From an uncultured Actinomycetota bacterium (GTDB taxonomy: Bacteria; Actinomycetota; Actinomycetes; Mycobacteriales; Pseudonocardiaceae), in contig CAVXMR010000035.1 of NCBI GenBank assembly GCA_963762765.1, forward strand, positions 59,084 through 123,083: a stretch of DNA of 64,000 nt, written 5' to 3'. A program made the position numbers and the translations under genes. Of the stretch, positions 59,682-64,000 are shown one piece after another (the stretch's first letter is position 1; every line of letters begins with the position of its first letter). The notes under the pieces are model-generated. The model searched no databases, was not told the origin of the DNA, and saw only the letters and a list, made by a program, of their open reading frames with translations.

Positions 59682-60578
59682 TCAGAACCCGAGCCGGCGC
59701 AGCTGGCGCGGGTCGCGCTGCCAGTCCTTGGCGACCTTGATGTGCAGGTCCAAGTACACTTTGGACCCGAGCAGGGCCTCGATGTGCTTGCGGGCGGTGG
59801 CACCGACCTCGCGCAGCCGCTCGCCCTTGTGGCCGAGAATGATGCCCTTTTGGCTCGGCCGTTCCACGTAGAGGAAAGCGTGGATGTCGATGAGGTCGTC
59901 CCGGCCTTCGTGGGGCAGCATCTCCTCGACGACGACGGCGATCGAGTGCGGCAGCTCGTCGCGCACGCCCTCCAGCGCCGCCTCCCGGATCAGCTCGCCG
60001 ACCAGGGTCTGCTCGGGCTCGTCGGTCAGTTCGCCGCCCGGGTAGAGCTGCGGGCCCTCCGGGAGCTTGCCGACCAGCAGCGTGGCCAGCTCGCCGACCT
60101 GGAAACCGTCCACTGCGGACACCGGGATCAGCTCGGCGAAGTCCATCACCTGCTGCAGCGCCAGCAGTTGCTCGGCGACCTCCTGGGGCTTCACCAGGTC
60201 GGTCTTGGTGACGATGCCGACCACCGGGGTGCGCTTGCCGATCTTCTCCAGCTCGGCGGCGATGAACTTGTCGCCCGGCCCGATCTTTTCGTTGGCGGGC
60301 ACGCAGAACCCGACGACGTCCACTTCGGACCAGGTGCTGTGCACGATGTCGTTGAGCCGCTGGCCGAGCAGCGTGCGCGGCCGGTGCAGCCCGGGTGTGT
60401 CGATGAGGACGAGCTGACCGTCCTCACGGGACACGATGCCGCGGATGGCGTGCCGGGTGGTCTGCGGCTTGCTGGAGGTGATCGCGACCTTGGTGCCGAC
60501 CAGGGCGTTGGTCAGGGTCGACTTGCCGGCGTTGGGACGGCCGACGAAGCAGGCGAAGCCGGAACGGTGCTCGGTCAT
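59682..60578 (-). CDS. era: GTPase Era
   Basis: GRPNAGKST, PQTTR, DTPG, TKTD, KH domain. Confidence 0.97.
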   Translation of the reverse strand: MTEHRSGFACFVGRPNAGKSTLTNALVGTKVAITSSKPQTTRHAIRGIVSREDGQLVLIDTPGLHRPRTLLGQRLNDIVHSTWSEVDVVGFCVPANEKIGPGDKFIAAELEKIGKRTPVVGIVTKTDLVKPQEVAEQLLALQQVMDFAELIPVSAVDGFQVGELATLLVGKLPEGPQLYPGGELTDEPEQTLVGELIREAALEGVRDELPHSIAVVVEEMLPHEGRDDLIDIHAFLYVERPSQKGIILGHKGERLREVGATARKHIEALLGSKVYLDLHIKVAKDWQRDPRQLRRLGF

Positions 60579-60913
60579 CGCGCGAGCACCTGCAGAACTT
60601 CGCCCGCCGGGTCGGCGAGGATGATCGGGGCGTGCTTCGCGATGTCGCGCACCGCGTGCACGGATGCCTCCTTGATCAGCACGTCGCTGGTGACGACCGC
60701 GGCGGCCTCGATGCCTTCGGCACCGCTCGACACCGCGGCGGCGACGGCGGCCTGCAGCGCGGTGAGCTTGAAGGAAGGCTGGTCGACGGTGCTCGCGGCA
60801 TACGTCCGGCCGTCGGTGTCACGCACCGCGGCGCCTTCGGCGGCCTGGGTGCGGGCCCGCGAGGACCGGGCCAGCGTCACCAGCTTCTGGTCCTCGGCCT
60901 GCAGGTCAGGCAT
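60575..60913 (-). CDS. Cytidine deaminase-like protein lacking zinc ligands
   Basis: GAAVRDTDGRTY fold signature in the cdd position before era; no Cys. Confidence 0.75.
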   Translation of the reverse strand: MPDLQAEDQKLVTLARSSRARTQAAEGAAVRDTDGRTYAASTVDQPSFKLTALQAAVAAAVSSGAEGIEAAAVVTSDVLIKEASVHAVRDIAKHAPIILADPAGEVLQVLAR

Positions 60914-62246
60914 GTTCGACGCTCCTGTCGCGTTCGTCGGGGTGGGGCAGCCGGGTGCGGCGCCGGGTCTTGTCGGGCTCGGTGACCGCGTCCGCGTCGG
61001 CCGGGTGGATCACCACGGAGGTGATCCGCATCCGGCCACGCCGGTCCTTCCCGCCCTCGGCGAACAGCCGCAGTCCCGCGACCTCCGCTTCGGCCCCCGG
61101 TAGCGGGACCCTACCCAGTCGCTCGGCGAGCAGCCCGCCCACCGTCTCGACGTCGTGGTCGGAGAGGTCGATACCGAACAGTTCGCCCAGGTCATCGACG
61201 CTCAGCCGCGACGACACGCGAACCGCGCCGCCTTCGAGCTCCTCGACATCGGGGCGCTCGTCGGCGTCGGACTCGTCGGTGATCTCCCCGACGATCTCCT
61301 CGAGGATGTCCTCGATGGTCAGCAGCCCGGCGGTGCCGCCGTACTCGTCGACGGCGATCGCCATGTGGTTGTGCGTGCGCTGCATTTCCTTGAGCAGGTC
61401 GTCGAGGCGCTTCGAGTCGGGGACGAAGCCGGCCGGGTTCATCACGGTCTCGACGACGGTGCTCGGGCCGTCCGGGTCCATGTAGGCCGACATCAGGTCC
61501 TTGATGTTGGCGACGCCGACGATGTCGTCCACCGATTCGTCGATCACCGGGAGCCGGGTGAAGCCGGTGCGCAGCGCGAGGGCCAGGGCCTGGCGGACGG
61601 TCTTGTCGCGTTCGATCCAGACGATCTCGGTGCGCGGCACCATCACCTCGCGCGCGATGGTGTCGCCGAGCTCGAACACCGAGTGGATCATCTCGCGCTC
61701 GGAGTCCTCGACGACGCCGCGTTCCTGGGCGAGGTCGACGAGCTCGCGCAGCTCGACTTCGGAGGTGAACGGGCCCTCGCGGAAGCCGCGGCCGGGGGTG
61801 ATGGCGTTACCGATGATGATCAGCAGCCGCGACAGCGGGCCGAGCAGCAGCCCGAGCACCCGGACCGGCCCGGCGATGTAGCTGCCGATCCGGTAGGGGT
61901 GCTGGCGGCCCAGGGTGCGCGGGCCGACGCCGATGAGGACGTAGCTGACCACGATCATGCTGATGGCGGCGACCGCGAGCGCGAGCCCGATCGGCCGGAT
62001 CCAGCCCGCGAACGCGACCGAGACCAGCACGGTCGCGGTGAGCTCGCAGCTCAGCCGGAGCAGGAGCAGCAGGTTGATGTGGCGCCGTCGTTCGACGATG
62101 ACCGCGGCGAGCTGGCGCGCGCCGGGCCGGCCCAGCCGGACCAGGCCTTCGGCGCGCGCCTGCGAGACGGTGCTGATCGCGGCGTCGGCCGCGGCGAACA
62201 CGCCGGCGAGCAGCACCAGCGCGATCGCGATGATCAGCTGAGCCAT
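60906..62246 (-). CDS. Hemolysin/CNNM family CBS-domain protein
   Basis: TMs, REVMVPR, VDEYGGTAGLLTIEDILEEIVGEI. Confidence 0.93.
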   Translation of the reverse strand: MAQLIIAIALVLLAGVFAAADAAISTVSQARAEGLVRLGRPGARQLAAVIVERRRHINLLLLLRLSCELTATVLVSVAFAGWIRPIGLALAVAAISMIVVSYVLIGVGPRTLGRQHPYRIGSYIAGPVRVLGLLLGPLSRLLIIIGNAITPGRGFREGPFTSEVELRELVDLAQERGVVEDSEREMIHSVFELGDTIAREVMVPRTEIVWIERDKTVRQALALALRTGFTRLPVIDESVDDIVGVANIKDLMSAYMDPDGPSTVVETVMNPAGFVPDSKRLDDLLKEMQRTHNHMAIAVDEYGGTAGLLTIEDILEEIVGEITDESDADERPDVEELEGGAVRVSSRLSVDDLGELFGIDLSDHDVETVGGLLAERLGRVPLPGAEAEVAGLRLFAEGGKDRRGRMRITSVVIHPADADAVTEPDKTRRRTRLPHPDERDRSVEHA

Positions 62247-62252
62247 CGGTGC

Positions 62253-62813
62253 CTAGGGGGTTTCCTCGGCCGGCGGCGCGGCACCGGGGTCGAGCCCGGC
62301 GATGCCGAGGACGCGGTCGTCGGTGTCGCGGACGGCGTCCCGCTTGTCCAGCGCGGCCACGGCGGACTGGTACTCGCCGAGAATGCGCTTCTGCAGGGCG
62401 AACATCTCGCGTTCCTCGGCAGGCTCGGCGTGGTCGTAGCCGAGCAGGTGGAGCACGCCGTGCACGGTGAGCAGGTGCAGCTCGTCGATCAGGCCGTGGC
62501 CCGCGGTCTTGGCCTGGTCCTTGGCGAAGGCCGGGCAGAGCACGATGTCACCGAGCAGCGCCGGCGACGCGTCGGGCGCGTCCGGGCGGCGCGAGGAGTC
62601 CAGCTCGTCCATCGGGAAGGCCATCACGTCGGTGGGACCGGGCAGGTCCATCCACCGTTCGTGCAGGTCCTCCATCACGTCGAGGGTGACGAGGAGGATG
62701 GACAGCTCGGCGAGCGGGCTGACCTCCATCTTGTCCAGCGCGTACCGGGCGGCCGAGACGATGGACGTCTCGTCGACGTTCACACCGCTTTCGTTGGCGA
62801 TCTCGATGCTCAC
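62253..62813 (-). CDS. ybeY: rRNA maturation RNase YbeY
   Basis: [23 protein letters not shown]. Confidence 0.95.
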   Translation of the reverse strand: MSIEIANESGVNVDETSIVSAARYALDKMEVSPLAELSILLVTLDVMEDLHERWMDLPGPTDVMAFPMDELDSSRRPDAPDASPALLGDIVLCPAFAKDQAKTAGHGLIDELHLLTVHGVLHLLGYDHAEPAEEREMFALQKRILGEYQSAVAALDKRDAVRDTDDRVLGIAGLDPGAAPPAEETP

Positions 62814-62883
62814 TGGTCTTCCCCCGTTTGCGCGCATCCGCCGTGTGCGCGCTCTGTGGTCACCTCGTGCGAGGGGCCGAGGC

Positions 62884-64000
62884 TCATCGGCGATTGCCCT
62901 TCCAGCCGTTGCCACCCTGGTCCTGGGCGTCCTGCACGGCCTGCCACTTCTCGTAGGCGTCGACGATGTCGCCGACCAGCTTGTGCCGTACGACGTCCTG
63001 GCTGGTCAGCTCGGCGAAGTGCAGGTCCTCGACGCCGGTGAGGATGTCGCGCACGACCCGCAGGCCGCTGCGCTGGCCGCTCGGGAGGTCGACCTGCGTG
63101 ATGTCACCGGTGACGACGATCTTGGAGCCCATGCCGAGCCGGGTGAGGAACATCTTCATCTGCTCGGGCGTGGTGTTCTGAGCCTCGTCGAGAATGATGA
63201 AGGCATCGTTGAGCGTGTTGTGCGTCAGCAGGTAGTCCTCGGTGACATACAGCGAGTCCGCCGCCGCCACCTGGATGCACACCGCTTCCGCGCGACCGGC
63301 CGGTTCGATGCTCTCGATGAACCGCATCGGACGACCCCCGCCACCGGCCTCCTGGTAGCGCTGCCACTTGCGAGTCAGCCGGAACGGCCGGATACCAGCG
63401 GGTAGCCGGATCTCGACGACGTGGGCGTCGTGCCGATAGTCGACGTCTCGGCCATTGGCCCGCCCCGGCTTGCGTCCCAGCGCGGCGCGGCGCCGGGTGT
63501 AGGCGACCCCGCCGAGCGACTGGACCAGGCCGATGACGTCGTCCTTCAGCCGCGGCGAAGTCGTCGTGTACTGGACGCGGCAGGTGCGGCCACGCTGGGC
63601 TACCGGTCCGCCGTCGGAGTCCAGCAGACCCTGCAGGACGGCGAGCCGGACCTCCGCCGCGTTCTGGAGGTAGACGTCGGGGATGAACTTGGAGTGCGAC
63701 CGGGTCCCGATCAGTTCCAGAGCCCGCAGGGCGCCGGTGACCGGGTTCTCCAAGGTGATCACGTCACCGGGTTGCCCCACCCGGTTCAGGGTGTAGTCGA
63801 CGCCGCCCTTGTGGCGGACACGCACTCCGGGAAGCGCCGCCTCGAGGGCGGACGCGAGCTCGGCATCCGCAGTCGCGAAACCCGGGGTCGTCGAACCGGT
63901 CAGGCAGCCGTCGCCCAGCAGCAGACCCAGCGCGTACGGATCCATCGGCACGGCACGCTCGGGGTGGCAGACGGGCGCGGTCAGCATCGGCAGCTCGTAC
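62884..64000 (-). CDS. PhoH-family ATPase with intein (5' part outside window)
   Basis: C-extein [14 protein letters not shown]...[10 protein letters not shown]...DVVRH. Confidence 0.92.
   Translation of the reverse strand, partial: YELPMLTAPVCHPERAVPMDPYALGLLLGDGCLTGSTTPGFATADAELASALEAALPGVRVRHKGGVDYTLNRVGQPGDVITLENPVTGALRALELIGTRSHSKFIPDVYLQNAAEVRLAVLQGLLDSDGGPVAQRGRTCRVQYTTTSPRLKDDVIGLVQSLGGVAYTRRRAALGRKPGRANGRDVDYRHDAHVVEIRLPAGIRPFRLTRKWQRYQEAGGGGRPMRFIESIEPAGRAEAVCIQVAAADSLYVTEDYLLTHNTLNDAFIILDEAQNTTPEQMKMFLTRLGMGSKIVVTGDITQVDLPSGQRSGLRVVRDILTGVEDLHFAELTSQDVVRHKLVGDIVDAYEKWQAVQDAQDQGGNGWKGNRR
63217..64000 (-). mobile_element. Intein with LAGLIDADG endonuclease (partial)
   Basis: LGLLLGDG and LQGLLDSDG motifs; CIQV..SLY block F; THN|T splice junction. 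Confidence 0.92.

Overview
High-GC actinobacterial DNA, probably Amycolatopsis/Pseudonocardiaceae (inferred from gene order, an SsgA paralogue and palindromic repeat families). Right half (31.5-64 kb) is core chromosome: tRNA-Asn, tam, dnaG, ECF41 sigma with its CMD target, serpin, dgt, a two-component/ABC module, glycine-tRNA ligase, two class F sortases with a likely substrate, ArsR-zur, uppS, recO, a dispanin/RDD/DUF2752 cluster, era, ybeY and a PhoH gene interrupted by a LAGLIDADG intein. Left half (1-31.4 kb) looks like a decaying accessory island ending at tRNA-Asn, with a broken tyrosine integrase, a truncated IS21 and several pseudogenes. It carries a DevS/DevR-like dormancy cluster, a GT4/GH130 operon, two DUF5994 genes, two GAF-ANTAR genes, an ECF sigma, HPF, Hsp20 and two desaturases. 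The strongest unexplained signal is an ungapped 44-nt dual-hairpin leader found three times (before both DUF5994 genes and a DUF6307-like gene); its 3' tail can pair next to the ribosome-binding site. A second ~23-nt leader motif precedes four other island genes. All family assignments come from motif recognition by eye; no database search was run.
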